Positions 27,112 through 37,962 of a stretch of DNA of 64,000 nt are shown here, piece after piece; positions within the stretch are counted from its first letter, which is position 1, and each line of letters starts with the position of its first letter. The stretch covers positions 2,645-66,644 of the forward strand of contig JACCXH010000047.1 of assembly GCA_013697245.1 (NCBI GenBank), given 5' to 3'. The translations under genes and the position numbers were made by a program. The notes below the pieces were generated by a model. That model saw nothing but the letters and a program-made list of their open reading frames with translations, made no database searches and was not told the DNA's origin. Source of the DNA: Bacteroidota bacterium. Its GTDB lineage: Bacteria > Bacteroidota > Bacteroidia > B-17B0 > Aurantibacillaceae.

Positions 27112-27789
27112 TTAGTGATCTTCTTCTTCGTCAAAGGTAAAATCACCGGCATCTTCTTCGTCAGCATGCTCGTCTTCCACGTCGGTATCTCCTTCTTCAC
27201 CTTCCAGGCTCTTAATATCAGCTTCTTCAACGGCTTCTTCGCCCGTATCAATGGTCTTGTATATTTCCTCTTCTTCTTCCTCTACTTCAGGTTCGTTTAA
27301 AAGGCCTGCCATTGCAAGGTCCGGACTAAGCTCTTCTTTAGCCATATTTATTTGTTTGTATTGTTTTGGAGCTGTACCAAAAGTTTTTATGCAAACAGGG
27401 TAGGTAACTTTAGGGCTTTCGTCTGCAATTTTTATCATTTCAATTAAGAAGGTCCATTGCACAGCAAGATCAAAAACATATACAAAACGCTGATGTGGCT
27501 GTTCAATGAATTTTGCGATCTTAACGTCGGCCATTAATTTCTTTGGATCTACATTTTTGCGGATCTCATCTTCATCCAGAGGCAGATCTTCTTTTTTTAA
27601 GGTTATTTCCTGGCCTTTGCGCCAATAATCGTCACTTACAAAAAAAGCAGCCGAATGTTTATTATCAAATTTAAAACTGTCTTGTATAATATTATGAAAT
27701 TGCTCAAATGTTTGAACCGTGCGGATATCTATATCTCTATAAATATCTTCATTCTCTTCTAAACAAACTCTAAAACGATATACAGCCAT
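27112..27789 (-). CDS. pRiA4b ORF-3 / IS1096 TnpR-like family protein with acidic tail
   Basis: YRFRV...RDIDI...TFEQFHNII...FVYVFD..VQWTFLIE pattern; C-terminal ~55 aa rich in Asp/Glu. Confidence 0.65.
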   Translation of the reverse strand: MAVYRFRVCLEENEDIYRDIDIRTVQTFEQFHNIIQDSFKFDNKHSAAFFVSDDYWRKGQEITLKKEDLPLDEDEIRKNVDPKKLMADVKIAKFIEQPHQRFVYVFDLAVQWTFLIEMIKIADESPKVTYPVCIKTFGTAPKQYKQINMAKEELSPDLAMAGLLNEPEVEEEEEEIYKTIDTGEEAVEEADIKSLEGEEGDTDVEDEHADEEDAGDFTFDEEEDH

Positions 27790-27793
27790 TTTT

Positions 27794-28543
27794 TTAATTT
27801 CTTGTTTTGTAGATCTCTGACTTCATGAGACCTAATTTGTTGAAAAAGTGAGTAAATGATACACCTAATACACCCATGCCATATTTTGAGCTTCTTGCGA
27901 AGTTAATGGAGCTTGCTTCAGGAAAATATTTAGTAGGGCAGGTAACTTCAGCAATATCAAAACCTGCGTAAAATATTTGCGAGATCATTTGATTATCAAA
28001 AACAAAATCATCAGAATTGGCATGGTAATTGATTTTTTGAATTACTTCTTTTGAAAAAGCCCGGTAACCCGTATGATACTCTGAAAGTTTTTGATTTACC
28101 AATACATTTTGTGTAAAGGTTAACATGCGGTTAAAGATATATTTATACATAGGCATGCCACCTTTTAAAGCGCCTTTTCCAAGGATCCTGGAGCCAAAGG
28201 CCACAGGGTAAAGGTCGTTGGCAATAAGGTAACTTAAACTGTGAATTAATTTAGGTGTATATTGATAATCCGGATGCAGCATGATTACAATATCTGCGCC
28301 TAACTTCATGGCTGTATCATAACAGGTTTTTTGATTGCCGCCATAACCTTTATTCTTTTCGTGTGTGATAACGTGCTTAATTCCAATATTCCGTGCCACT
28401 TCTGCAGTATTATCCTTGCTACAATCGTCTACTAAAACTACATCATCCACAATGTCAAAAGGAATCTCTTCATATGTTTTTTTTAATGTCAACGCGGCAT
28501 TGTATGCAGGTAAAACGGCTATTATTTTTTTTCCATTAATCAT
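27794..28543 (-). CDS. Glycosyltransferase family 2 (polyprenol-phosphate sugar transferase-like)
   Basis: LPAYN, VDDCS, NKGYGG, HPDYQY and TGYRAF motifs. Start at MINGKK, 6 nt after TATTTTTG (28550-28557). Confidence 0.88.
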   Translation of the reverse strand: MINGKKIIAVLPAYNAALTLKKTYEEIPFDIVDDVVLVDDCSKDNTAEVARNIGIKHVITHEKNKGYGGNQKTCYDTAMKLGADIVIMLHPDYQYTPKLIHSLSYLIANDLYPVAFGSRILGKGALKGGMPMYKYIFNRMLTFTQNVLVNQKLSEYHTGYRAFSKEVIQKINYHANSDDFVFDNQMISQIFYAGFDIAEVTCPTKYFPEASSINFARSSKYGMGVLGVSFTHFFNKLGLMKSEIYKTRN

Positions 28544-28620
28544 AAGCAGCAAAAATAACAAAGTTTAGTTAATTTATCACCCTAAAAATAACTAAATTAA
28601 TGTAATTTTAAGCAATTATT

Positions 28621-30057
28621 GTGTTCTTAAAAAAACTACATACACTAACGTTAAAGTCGTTTTTGCCTCCTTTTATCATAACACTATTTATTAGTGTGTT
28701 TTTATTTTTTTTGGTAGAAATTGTGATCACGTATTTAGACGAATTTATTGGCAAGGGCTTAAACACTTTTGATCTTATTAAATTGTTTACCTATGCCTGG
28801 ATTGCTATCATTCCTCAATGTATCCCATTGGCTGTTTTGTTAGGTTCTATTATGGCCTTTGGAAATTTAGCAGAGAATTATGAGCTGGCAGCTATGAAAT
28901 CATCAGGTTTATCGCTTTTTAAGATCATTAAGCCTGTATTTATATTTATAGTTCTATTGGCCGGAATGACCTTTTTGTTCAATAATTTTATTTTGCCGGT
29001 TGTACACTTAAAGTTTCAATCGCTTTTGTATGACATTCGGCAAAAAAAACCAACCGTTAATATCAAAGAAGGTGTTTTTTATAATAAAATTGATAATTAC
29101 ACTTTAAGGGTAGGAAAGAAATCCACCAATAAAGATACGTTAAAGGATATTTATATTTATGATCATAGCGCGCACCAAGGCAACAATGTGCAGATGTATG
29201 CGAAAACAGGGAAATTGACAACCACAGCCGATACCAGTGCATTGGTATTGATCTTGCGGGATGGAAATAGATACGAGGAAGTATTGAATCAGGCGGGTTC
29301 ATCGCCACATAAAAAACCTTTGGCGCAATTAAATTTTAAGCAATTGCAGGTAAATATCGAGTTGGTTGATTTTAAGCTAAAACGTACAGACGAGAACCAG
29401 TTTAAAGGCTACGAAGAAATGATGAATATCTGGCAAATTGATTCTGTAGCCGATTCAACAAAACGATTATTGAGTAAGCGTCTACATGAATTAGAACGAC
29501 AATCCGGTATTTTTTTCTATGGCCGTACATCCACTTTTATTACTACAAACCATAATAAAAAACTGGTTTCAATTAAACAGTTTTACGATAGTTTAAAACC
29601 ACAAGATCATTTCAGAAGCCTTGAAAATGCTTTGAACATTGTTCGTTCAGGTTCAAGCTATATAGATTCGGCCGCACAAAATTACAAAGGAGAAATTGCC
29701 ACCATCGATGCATTAAATGTAGAGTGGCATAAGAAGATCGTGGTTTGTTTTGCCTGTATTATTTTGTTTTTTGTGGGCGCGCCATTAGGCGCTATTATAA
29801 AAAAGGGCGGACTTGGATTGCCGGTTGTTGTGGCCGTATTTTTCTTTTTAGCTTATTTTATTTTAACAGAGGCATACACAAGTCTTGCTTTTGAAGGCAC
29901 TATTCCAGTATGGCAGGCCATGTGGACTCCATTGGTTATTTTTTTACCAATAAGTATTTTTTTAACTTACAAGGCTGCGAAAGATTCTGCTATTTTTGAT
30001 GTTACTATTTATTATTTGTGGATAGAGAAATTATTTAAAAGAAAAAAAATTGCTTAA
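28621..30057 (+). CDS. LptF/LptG family LPS export permease
   Basis: ENYELAAMKSSGLS and APLGAIIKKGG motifs; 3+3 TM helices around a periplasmic domain. Confidence 0.9.
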   Translation: MFLKKLHTLTLKSFLPPFIITLFISVFLFFLVEIVITYLDEFIGKGLNTFDLIKLFTYAWIAIIPQCIPLAVLLGSIMAFGNLAENYELAAMKSSGLSLFKIIKPVFIFIVLLAGMTFLFNNFILPVVHLKFQSLLYDIRQKKPTVNIKEGVFYNKIDNYTLRVGKKSTNKDTLKDIYIYDHSAHQGNNVQMYAKTGKLTTTADTSALVLILRDGNRYEEVLNQAGSSPHKKPLAQLNFKQLQVNIELVDFKLKRTDENQFKGYEEMMNIWQIDSVADSTKRLLSKRLHELERQSGIFFYGRTSTFITTNHNKKLVSIKQFYDSLKPQDHFRSLENALNIVRSGSSYIDSAAQNYKGEIATIDALNVEWHKKIVVCFACIILFFVGAPLGAIIKKGGLGLPVVVAVFFFLAYFILTEAYTSLAFEGTIPVWQAMWTPLVIFLPISIFLTYKAAKDSAIFDVTIYYLWIEKLFKRKKIA

Positions 30058-31258
30058 GGTTCTTCAAATATGCAATAAAGCCCCTTATCCTGCTAACGAC
30101 GGTAGTAGTATTGCTATATACAATATGGCCCAAGGATTAATTGACAATGGTATTAAACTTCATTTATTAACTATAAATACAAAAAAACATTTTAAGGATG
30201 ATAAAGAGGTTCCTGCTGATTTTAAGGCCAACTCAAATTACACTTCCGTTTATCAAAATACAGATACAGGAGTAGTTGGTGCATTTTTAAATTTATTTTC
30301 AACCAATTCTTATTTTGTTTCACGTTTTTATTTTAAAGACTTTGAAAATAAATTAATAGAAGTTTTAACTAAAAATACCTTTGATATTGTTCAGTTAGAA
30401 GGTCTCTTTATGGCTGTTTATATTCCAACCATTAAAAAACACAGCAAGGCAAAGATTATTCTACGCGCACATAACATTGAAAATAAAATTTGGGAAAGAC
30501 ATTTAAAGAATAGCAAAAGAAACATAGTGAATGCTTATCTATCGCTTCAAAATAAACGTCTGAAAAAATTTGAAACAGAGGTTGTGAGCAAGGTAGATGC
30601 TATCGTGCCAATTACGGATACCGACAAGCAGATTTTTAGCGACATGGGTTTTAATAAAGCCATGTACACATGTATAACCGGTGTGAATGTAGCGCATTAC
30701 CAAACAAAACAAAATGTACTTCTAAAGCCGAAAACTGTTTTTTATTTTGGTTCAATGGATTGGATGCCAAACCAGGAAGCGGTAAGATGGTTTTTGGATA
30801 ATTGTTGGCAAAAAATCAGTAAAGCTGTGCCCGATGCGAAATTTGTAATTGCGGGCAGGGGAATGCCGCAAAGTTTTTTGCAATTAAACTTGCCAAATGT
30901 TTTAGTGCTTGAAAATGTAAAAGATGGAAAAACATTTTTTGAGCAACACCAAATTATGGTGGTGCCTTTACTTTCGGGTAGCGGCTTACGCATAAAAATA
31001 ATTGAAGGCATGGCATACGGTAAACCAATTGTAAGCACATCTATTGGCGCCGAAGGTATTTATTGTGATCCAAAGAAGGATCTAATAATTGCGGATAGTT
31101 CTGCGGAATTTATTACAGCAGTTACTAACCTGTTAAACGATCCGGGCAAATGCACTGAACTCGAAAAAAATGCATCCGCTTTTGCTTATAAAGAGTTTGA
31201 TAATAAAAATGTAGTATCAAAGTTGGTGCAGTTCTATAATAAATTATTAAATGCATAG
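30050..31258 (+). CDS. Glycosyltransferase family 4
   Basis: FGSMDWMPN and GSGLRIKIIEGMAYGKPIVSTSIGAEG motifs. Confidence 0.88.
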   Translation: MLKVLQICNKAPYPANDGSSIAIYNMAQGLIDNGIKLHLLTINTKKHFKDDKEVPADFKANSNYTSVYQNTDTGVVGAFLNLFSTNSYFVSRFYFKDFENKLIEVLTKNTFDIVQLEGLFMAVYIPTIKKHSKAKIILRAHNIENKIWERHLKNSKRNIVNAYLSLQNKRLKKFETEVVSKVDAIVPITDTDKQIFSDMGFNKAMYTCITGVNVAHYQTKQNVLLKPKTVFYFGSMDWMPNQEAVRWFLDNCWQKISKAVPDAKFVIAGRGMPQSFLQLNLPNVLVLENVKDGKTFFEQHQIMVVPLLSGSGLRIKIIEGMAYGKPIVSTSIGAEGIYCDPKKDLIIADSSAEFITAVTNLLNDPGKCTELEKNASAFAYKEFDNKNVVSKLVQFYNKLLNA

Positions 31259-32420
31259 TTTTTTAATTATATTTTTTTTTACCTCGGTGTTTTTAATACT
31301 TCAAACGTATTTGCTCTATCCTCTATGGATCTTGTTTTTTACGTCTAAAGGCAAAAGCAGCGATCCTATTTATTTGAACAACGACGATCTGCCAACTGTG
31401 GGAATTTTAATTGCTGCTTATAATGAAGAAAAAATAATAGGCGAAAAAATAAACTCGGTACTTAAAACCACTTATCCGTTAGCGAAAATAAAAGTGTATG
31501 TGGGTTCCGATGCTTCAAATGATAGAACAGAAGAGATAATTAACGAGTTAGCAAAAGCATATTCTAATTTGCAATTGGTAAAATTTGGTGGCAGAACCGG
31601 TAAGGCTAACATTATTAATGCTCTTTCTGAAATGGCTACTGAAGAGATCTTTATTTTGACGGATGCCAATGTTATTTTTAAAGAAGATACGATTTTTAAT
31701 CTTGTGCGCCATTTTAAGGATACAAAATTTGCACAGGTTTGTGCCAATATTATTAAAGTTTCAAACTCCGACCAGGGAATTGCCAGACAGGAAAAATCTT
31801 ACATCGTTTTTGAAAATAAAATTAAATACGCTGAGTATAAACGCTGGAATATTGTAATGGGCGCTGAAGGTGGCTGTTATGCCATAAGAAAAGAGTTTTA
31901 TGCACCTGTGCCAAAGAATTTTTTTATGGATGATTTTTACATTACCATGAACGTAATTGAAAAAGGAAAAAAAGTTGTTTTTGATACGGAAGCTATTTGT
32001 TATGAAGATGTACCAACACAAGCCAGAGAAGAGTTTAAGCGTAAAGTAAGGATCTCTATTGGCAACTTTCAAAATCTTTTTCGATACAAAAAATTGTTAT
32101 TGCCTTTTTGGAAAGGTAGTGCCTTTGCTTTTTGGTCGCATAAAGTATTGCGATGGTTAACACCTTTCTTTTTGATCTTATGTTTACTAAGCGCCGCCAT
32201 CCTTTCTATGCATTCTAATTTCTTTTTAATTTTATTTCTTTTACAGGCTCTTTTATTACTATTTCCTTTACTTGACAGCGTTTCTCCTTTTAAAGTTTCT
32301 TTATTTAAATTTATTAGCCACTTTTATTTAATGAATCTTGCGCTGCTAAAAGGCTTCTTTATGTTTGTAAAAGGAGTTGAAACAAGTATCTGGCAACCAA
32401 CAAAACGAAATATTGATTAA
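31251..32420 (+). CDS. Glycosyltransferase family 2 with flanking TM helices (PgaC/IcaA-like)
   Basis: IAAYNEE, SDASND, TDAN, DDF and EEFKRKVRI motifs. Confidence 0.85.
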   Translation: MHSFLIIFFFTSVFLILQTYLLYPLWILFFTSKGKSSDPIYLNNDDLPTVGILIAAYNEEKIIGEKINSVLKTTYPLAKIKVYVGSDASNDRTEEIINELAKAYSNLQLVKFGGRTGKANIINALSEMATEEIFILTDANVIFKEDTIFNLVRHFKDTKFAQVCANIIKVSNSDQGIARQEKSYIVFENKIKYAEYKRWNIVMGAEGGCYAIRKEFYAPVPKNFFMDDFYITMNVIEKGKKVVFDTEAICYEDVPTQAREEFKRKVRISIGNFQNLFRYKKLLLPFWKGSAFAFWSHKVLRWLTPFFLILCLLSAAILSMHSNFFLILFLLQALLLLFPLLDSVSPFKVSLFKFISHFYLMNLALLKGFFMFVKGVETSIWQPTKRNID

Positions 32421-34014
32421 AGCGGTTTATATATTTTTATTTTTTCTATTATCACTTTCTTTTTTAGCTCAAACTAAAAAAGGAAGCAAAGATTCGCCAA
32501 AACAGGCCGCTGTTGTTACTCCAACACAAGCCCCGGTTTCAAAAACAATCAATATTAAACACGCCAATAGTCTTTCCTTCGATCAAAATAAAAGTAATGC
32601 TAAGGTATTAACAGGTAATGTAATTTGCGAACACGATGGCGCCATTTTAAATTGTGATTCGGCTTTGATCTATGATGGCGAAAGTAAAATGCAGGCCACC
32701 GGGCATATTGTAATTACTAAGGGAGATAGCATAACTGTTACAGGCGATAAATTATTTTATGATGGAAAAACTAAATTAGCGGCACTAGAGAACAACGTAA
32801 AATGTGTTGAAAAGGATATGACGCTTACCACAAATCATTTAACCTTTGATGTAGGAAACTCTATTGCCAATTATTATGATGGCGGCACTATTGTAAATAA
32901 AGAAAATACTTTAACAAGCACCATTGGCCACTATTATTCAGCAACAAAAGATCTTGCTTTTCATTACGATGTAGTGCTTACAAACCCCGATTATAAAATG
33001 AAATCAGATACGTTGCGTTATAATACAATTACAAAGACCTGCTTTTTTTTAGGGCCAAGTATTATTATTAGCAAAACTGATTACATTTATTGCGAGAACG
33101 GTTATTACGATACGAATAAAGAATTAGGCCAATTTAGTGTGAATGCTTTGTTGGTTACCTCGCAACAAAAATTAACCGGCGATAGTTTATTTTTTGACAG
33201 AAATACAAAAGTTGGCAGAGCTTTTAGAAATGTACGTTTGATAGATACGTCGCAAAAATCCATCATTTTTGGTGGCTATGCAGAGTTTAAAGAAAAAAGA
33301 TCAGAAGCTTTGGTTACTATTAACCCTATTTACGCTCGTATTGTAGATAAGGATACTTTGTTTATCGCAGCAGATACTTTATATCACCGCGATCTGGATT
33401 CGGTTGATAATTTTTTAAATGCCTACCACCACGTAAAAATATTTAAAAACGATTTGCAAGCAAGAGCTGATTCGGCTTCTATGAATACGAAGGATTCTTT
33501 ATTACAATTATTTAAAAACCCTATTTTGTGGAGTAATCGGTCGCAGGCAACCGCAAAATTGATAAAAATTTACCTTGGTAAAAATACGGTTAACGGATTT
33601 AAGCTGGAGAGTAATGCCTTTCTTATTCAACAAGCAGACACCGTTGCGCAGGATAAATACAACCAGCTGTCAGGTCGAAGCATCGAAGGATTGATAAGGC
33701 GAGATACGATCAGGAAAGTAATTATATTGGGAAATGCAGAAGCAGTATATTACGTAAAAAATAAAAACGCTATGGCGGGTTTAAATAAAACAAAATGTAC
33801 TGAAATAAATATGTGGTTTAAAAATGAGGATATTGATCGGGTAACTTTAAAACCTGAAGTAGATGGAGTTATAACGCCAATAAAAGATGTAGATCCCGAA
33901 ACAACTAAAATAAAAGGATTTAACTGGCAATATGATAAACGTCCAAAGTCGCGACAGGAATTACATTTGCAAAAGAGATCACCCGAGATAAAACAAAGAG
34001 AATTGAAACATTAA
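32413..34014 (+). CDS. OstA/LptA-like beta-jellyroll protein; likely start TTG 32413
   Basis: Signal peptide, then repeated (L/I)xCDSA, GDKL/SDTL/GDSL/ADTL and ADSA units. Confidence 0.75.
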   Translation: MIKAVYIFLFFLLSLSFLAQTKKGSKDSPKQAAVVTPTQAPVSKTINIKHANSLSFDQNKSNAKVLTGNVICEHDGAILNCDSALIYDGESKMQATGHIVITKGDSITVTGDKLFYDGKTKLAALENNVKCVEKDMTLTTNHLTFDVGNSIANYYDGGTIVNKENTLTSTIGHYYSATKDLAFHYDVVLTNPDYKMKSDTLRYNTITKTCFFLGPSIIISKTDYIYCENGYYDTNKELGQFSVNALLVTSQQKLTGDSLFFDRNTKVGRAFRNVRLIDTSQKSIIFGGYAEFKEKRSEALVTINPIYARIVDKDTLFIAADTLYHRDLDSVDNFLNAYHHVKIFKNDLQARADSASMNTKDSLLQLFKNPILWSNRSQATAKLIKIYLGKNTVNGFKLESNAFLIQQADTVAQDKYNQLSGRSIEGLIRRDTIRKVIILGNAEAVYYVKNKNAMAGLNKTKCTEINMWFKNEDIDRVTLKPEVDGVITPIKDVDPETTKIKGFNWQYDKRPKSRQELHLQKRSPEIKQRELKH

Positions 34015-34530
34015 TTAATCTTTCATAAATAAAGCTTTTAATTCTGTGGCCTCATCCGGCTTTAAGCGCCCTGCAATAATTAATGAAAGCTGTCTTCTTC
34101 TTAAAGCACTATCAAAACGTTTTTTCTCAAGATCTGTTTCCGGTTCAAGACCGGGAACGGGCAGAGGAGAACCATTCTGATCAATAGCAACAAAAGTTAA
34201 AATAGCTTCATTACACTTTGTTTTTTCTCCTGTTACTGGGTTTTCAACAAATACATCCACAAATATCTCCATACTGCTTGTAAATGCACGACTAACTTTT
34301 GCTTCCAGTGTTACAATACTGTTTTGTTTAATTGGCTTATCAAACGATACCTGGTTAATGGCCGCCGTTACAACCACACGGCCACAATGACGCTGAGCCG
34401 CAATAGCAGCGGTAATATCCACCCATTGCATTAATTTACCACCAAACAAATTTCCAACGTGGTTGGTATCGTTAGGTAAAACAACTTCTGTGTTTATCGT
34501 TACAGATTGTGACGGCGTTTTTAATTTCAT
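34015..34530 (-). CDS. Acyl-CoA thioesterase (hotdog fold)
   Basis: VLPNDTNHVGNLFGGKLMQWVD motif. Confidence 0.9.
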   Translation of the reverse strand: MKLKTPSQSVTINTEVVLPNDTNHVGNLFGGKLMQWVDITAAIAAQRHCGRVVVTAAINQVSFDKPIKQNSIVTLEAKVSRAFTSSMEIFVDVFVENPVTGEKTKCNEAILTFVAIDQNGSPLPVPGLEPETDLEKKRFDSALRRRQLSLIIAGRLKPDEATELKALFMKD

Positions 34531-34601
34531 AATATTGGTTTGGTGGTAATTAATAAATATAAACTGGTGTAAAATTACTCATAATACTTTATTTTTGCAG
34601 T

Positions 34602-35186
34602 ATGGATATCTCATATATAAAAGCCCTACACATAATTTTTGTAATTTGTTGGTTTGCAGCCCTGTTTTACATGGTTCGGTTATTTATCTATTGTACTGAT
34701 GCGCAAAGTAAGGATGAAGTAGCTAAACCAATTCTTACACAACAACTGTTGTTAATGCAAAAAAAATTATGGTATATTATTGGTTGGCCATCAATGATAG
34801 GAACCTATATTTTTGGTTGGTGGCTAATATTTACAAACATGAGCTACTATTTTTCGCAACCCTGGATGTGGTTAAAACTGATCATGGTTGGGTTTTTAAC
34901 TTTGTATCATTTAGAGTGCCAGCGTATACTTAACTCACAAAAACAAGGTGTTTTTAAACTTAGTTCGTTCAGGTTACGTTTGTTTAATGAGTTGGCAACT
35001 GTTTTTTTAGTGGCCATTGTTTTTTTAGTAGTTGTAAAATCTACCTCCGGCTTATTATGGGGCATTTTAGGTTTAATTGCTTTTGCGGCTATTTTAATGT
35101 TGTGCGTTACCATTTATAAACGCAGCACTGCAAAAGATGAAAAAGCAAAAACACCCGAAGAACCAACAGGGAAGATAGAACCATAA
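34602..35186 (+). CDS. hemJ: Protoporphyrinogen IX oxidase HemJ (CopD family)
   Basis: KALHIIFVICWFAALFYMVRLFIY, WMWLK and RLFNELAT motifs; TATTTTTG box 4 nt upstream. Confidence 0.85.
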   Translation: MDISYIKALHIIFVICWFAALFYMVRLFIYCTDAQSKDEVAKPILTQQLLLMQKKLWYIIGWPSMIGTYIFGWWLIFTNMSYYFSQPWMWLKLIMVGFLTLYHLECQRILNSQKQGVFKLSSFRLRLFNELATVFLVAIVFLVVVKSTSGLLWGILGLIAFAAILMLCVTIYKRSTAKDEKAKTPEEPTGKIEP

Positions 35187-35253
35187 GGCAATTTTATTTT
35201 TCAGAATAAAAATGTATATTTAAGATGTTGGCAAAAATCCAACATAAAAATTT

Positions 35254-36228
35254 ATGAATCCGATCTGGACCCAAGTAATCACCAAAACAACCCTAAGCCG
35301 TAAAAAAACCAATGGATCTGATAATAGGTATACGGATTACCAGTTAGCGAAAGGTTTACGCGAGTTTAAGATCATGTCGTTTGGTCTATTAAAAGATTGT
35401 GCATTAATAACTATTGGGATCTTTTCTGCTGCTTTTGGATTTAAAGGATTTCTTTTAACCAATCACTTTATTGATGGTGGTGCTACAGGAATTTCTTTAT
35501 TGGTATCTGCACTTACAACAATTCCACTTTACTTGTTAATCATCTGTATAAATATCCCTTTTATTATTCTTGGTTATAAAATTATAGGTAAAGCCTTTGC
35601 TATAAAAACAGCTTTAGCCATTTCAGGACTGGCTTTATGTGTTGCTACAGTTAGTTTTCCGGATATTACAAAAGATCCTTTGTTGGTTGCTGTGTTTGGC
35701 GGGTTTTTTCTTGGTGCTGGAATTGGCTTGTCTGTAAGGGGTGGAGCGGTTATTGATGGAACAGAAGTATTGGCCATTTTTTTAAGTCGCAAGTTTGGAA
35801 CTACTATCGGCGATGTGATCATCATTATCAATATCGTTATATTTTCTGCCGCTGCATATTTACTTTCAATGGAAATTGCTTTGTATTCTATGATAACTTA
35901 TTTAGCGGCTTCTAAAACTCTTGATTTTATTATTGAAGGAATTGAAGAATATACCGGGGTTACAATTATTTCTTCTCATAGCGAACAAATAAGAGCCATG
36001 ATCATTAACAGTATGGGAAGAGGCGTAACCGTTTACAATGGAAAGCGCGGCTTTGGAAAATCAGGAGATGCTATGAACATTGATATTATCTACACTGTAA
36101 TTACCCGCTTAGAATTAAACAAATTAAATACCGAGATAGAAAAAATTGACCAAAACGCTTTTGTAGTTAAGAGTAGCGTAAAAGACACAAAAGGCGGGAT
36201 GATAAAAAAAAGGCCGCTGCAACACTAA
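35254..36228 (+). CDS. YitT family membrane protein (DUF2179 C-domain)
   Basis: DGGATGISLL, GGAVIDGTEVLA, GRGVT and IDQNAFV motifs. Confidence 0.88.
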   Translation: MNPIWTQVITKTTLSRKKTNGSDNRYTDYQLAKGLREFKIMSFGLLKDCALITIGIFSAAFGFKGFLLTNHFIDGGATGISLLVSALTTIPLYLLIICINIPFIILGYKIIGKAFAIKTALAISGLALCVATVSFPDITKDPLLVAVFGGFFLGAGIGLSVRGGAVIDGTEVLAIFLSRKFGTTIGDVIIIINIVIFSAAAYLLSMEIALYSMITYLAASKTLDFIIEGIEEYTGVTIISSHSEQIRAMIINSMGRGVTVYNGKRGFGKSGDAMNIDIIYTVITRLELNKLNTEIEKIDQNAFVVKSSVKDTKGGMIKKRPLQH

Positions 36229-36420
36229 AATAGTTCGTTTATATTTTTTACCGGTTTTAATTTACGTAATGCATTCATTTACCTCTTAATTGCTTTTATT
36301 TTTGTATTAACGGCATCTTTCTACCCATTCTATATCTTTATATCTGGTACGTTTCAATTAATAATTGGCAAACATTATTTTAATTTCATTGTTTAAGTTT
36401 GACAGACTAAAACTTTAGAC

Positions 36421-37833
36421 ATGAAAAATATCTACAACTTAATTTTACTAAGCGCTTTATTTATAAGTAATAGTCTTTTCTCAACGATTCTTAATGTACC
36501 GGCAAACTATGCAACCATTCAATCAGCCATTAATGCCTCTGTAAATGGCGATACGGTTGTTGTTGCACCCGGCACTTATTTTGAGAATATTAATTTCAGA
36601 GGTAAGAACATTGTAGTTACCAGTCAATATTATCTTGCGCAAAATACGTCATTCATTGGTTCAACAATAATTAACGGAAGTACTCCGGCATTTGCAGATA
36701 CAGCCAGTTGCGTTATTTTTAATCATAACGAAACTTCTGCGGCCATTTTGCAAGGTTTTACTTTAACCGGCGGTAAAGGCACCAAGTGGTTAGATATTCA
36801 TGGTGCCGGTACTTATCGCGAAGGTGGCGGCATTATTGTTGAACTGTGTTCGCCAACTATTAAACATAACTTAATTATTAATAATCTTGTTACTAATACA
36901 ACCGGAGTAAGCGGTGTTGGCGGCGGAGGTATTCGTATTGGTGATGGAAATCCAACCATTTGCAGTAATGCCATTATATTTAACCAGGCAGGATATGGCC
37001 CCGGCGTTGTCTTAAATTATACAGGCGTAAAGCTTACTAATAATGTTATTGCTTCAAACACCGGTGGCAATAGTTATAACGGCGGTTCTGGTGTGTGGGC
37101 TGTGAATAATTTAAGCACTACACCAATTATAATAGAAAATAATACGATCGTAAATAATTACTCATCATTAACAACCGGTACAGGTAGTATTTTGGTGTGG
37201 GGTTGCAACAATGTTTTAATTCATAACAATATTATTTATGGAAATTTGCCGGCGGTGCAAGTAAAATCTATTACTATTGCACCTGCGGTTACTTATTGTA
37301 ATATCCAGGGTGGTTATGCCGGTACAGGGAATATTAATCAAAACCCAATGTTTAGCGCTAATAATTATTACCTGGCAAATGGCTCGCCATGCATAGACGC
37401 AGGGGATCCGGCAATAGTTTATAATGATATACAAGATCCGGCTAATCTTGGGAACGCTTTATTCCCTTCTTTAGCATTATTGAATAACGATATGGGTGCT
37501 TACGGCGGCCCATGCACTTCTGTATTGCCACCCTTTACTACCGTAACAGAACTTAAAAAAACTTTAGAAAATATAAATGATCTTTCTGTTTTTCCTAACC
37601 CTGCTTCATCATCGTTTGAAATAATTTTCCATTCACAAGATGCGCAACAAATAAAAATAGAATTGTATACCATTCTTGGGGAATATGTTTCAACAATATC
37701 TAATGAAAAAGCTGTTCAGGGTAAAAACACATTTCAAATGGATAAAACAGGTTTAGCAAATGGAACTTATTTTGTAAAAATTAGTGATCAATCAAACTAC
37801 TCTAAAACAGTTAAACTTGTTTTTGTTGAGTGA
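36421..37833 (+). CDS. Secreted right-handed parallel beta-helix protein with T9SS type A CTD
   Basis: VPANYATIQSAINA...GDTVVVAPGTY, GGG-rich repeats, DMGAYGG, and CTD VFPNPASS...GTYFVKI...KLVF. Confidence 0.8.
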   Translation: MKNIYNLILLSALFISNSLFSTILNVPANYATIQSAINASVNGDTVVVAPGTYFENINFRGKNIVVTSQYYLAQNTSFIGSTIINGSTPAFADTASCVIFNHNETSAAILQGFTLTGGKGTKWLDIHGAGTYREGGGIIVELCSPTIKHNLIINNLVTNTTGVSGVGGGGIRIGDGNPTICSNAIIFNQAGYGPGVVLNYTGVKLTNNVIASNTGGNSYNGGSGVWAVNNLSTTPIIIENNTIVNNYSSLTTGTGSILVWGCNNVLIHNNIIYGNLPAVQVKSITIAPAVTYCNIQGGYAGTGNINQNPMFSANNYYLANGSPCIDAGDPAIVYNDIQDPANLGNALFPSLALLNNDMGAYGGPCTSVLPPFTTVTELKKTLENINDLSVFPNPASSSFEIIFHSQDAQQIKIELYTILGEYVSTISNEKAVQGKNTFQMDKTGLANGTYFVKISDQSNYSKTVKLVFVE

Positions 37834-37962
37834 TCTTTTTCATAGGCCCAAGTGACTTCTATCATATATTTTAAGGTTTAAAGTATTTAGTTTTATTTTG
37901 TAAAACAATTGTGCTAAAACAGTTGTTATAGTAGTGTGTTTTGCGCATTAAACTAAAACTAA

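Noticed and set aside
27112-27789. Possible IS1096-type mobile element
   Set aside because: No transposase, terminal inverted repeats or target duplication were seen; the gene sits among housekeeping genes.
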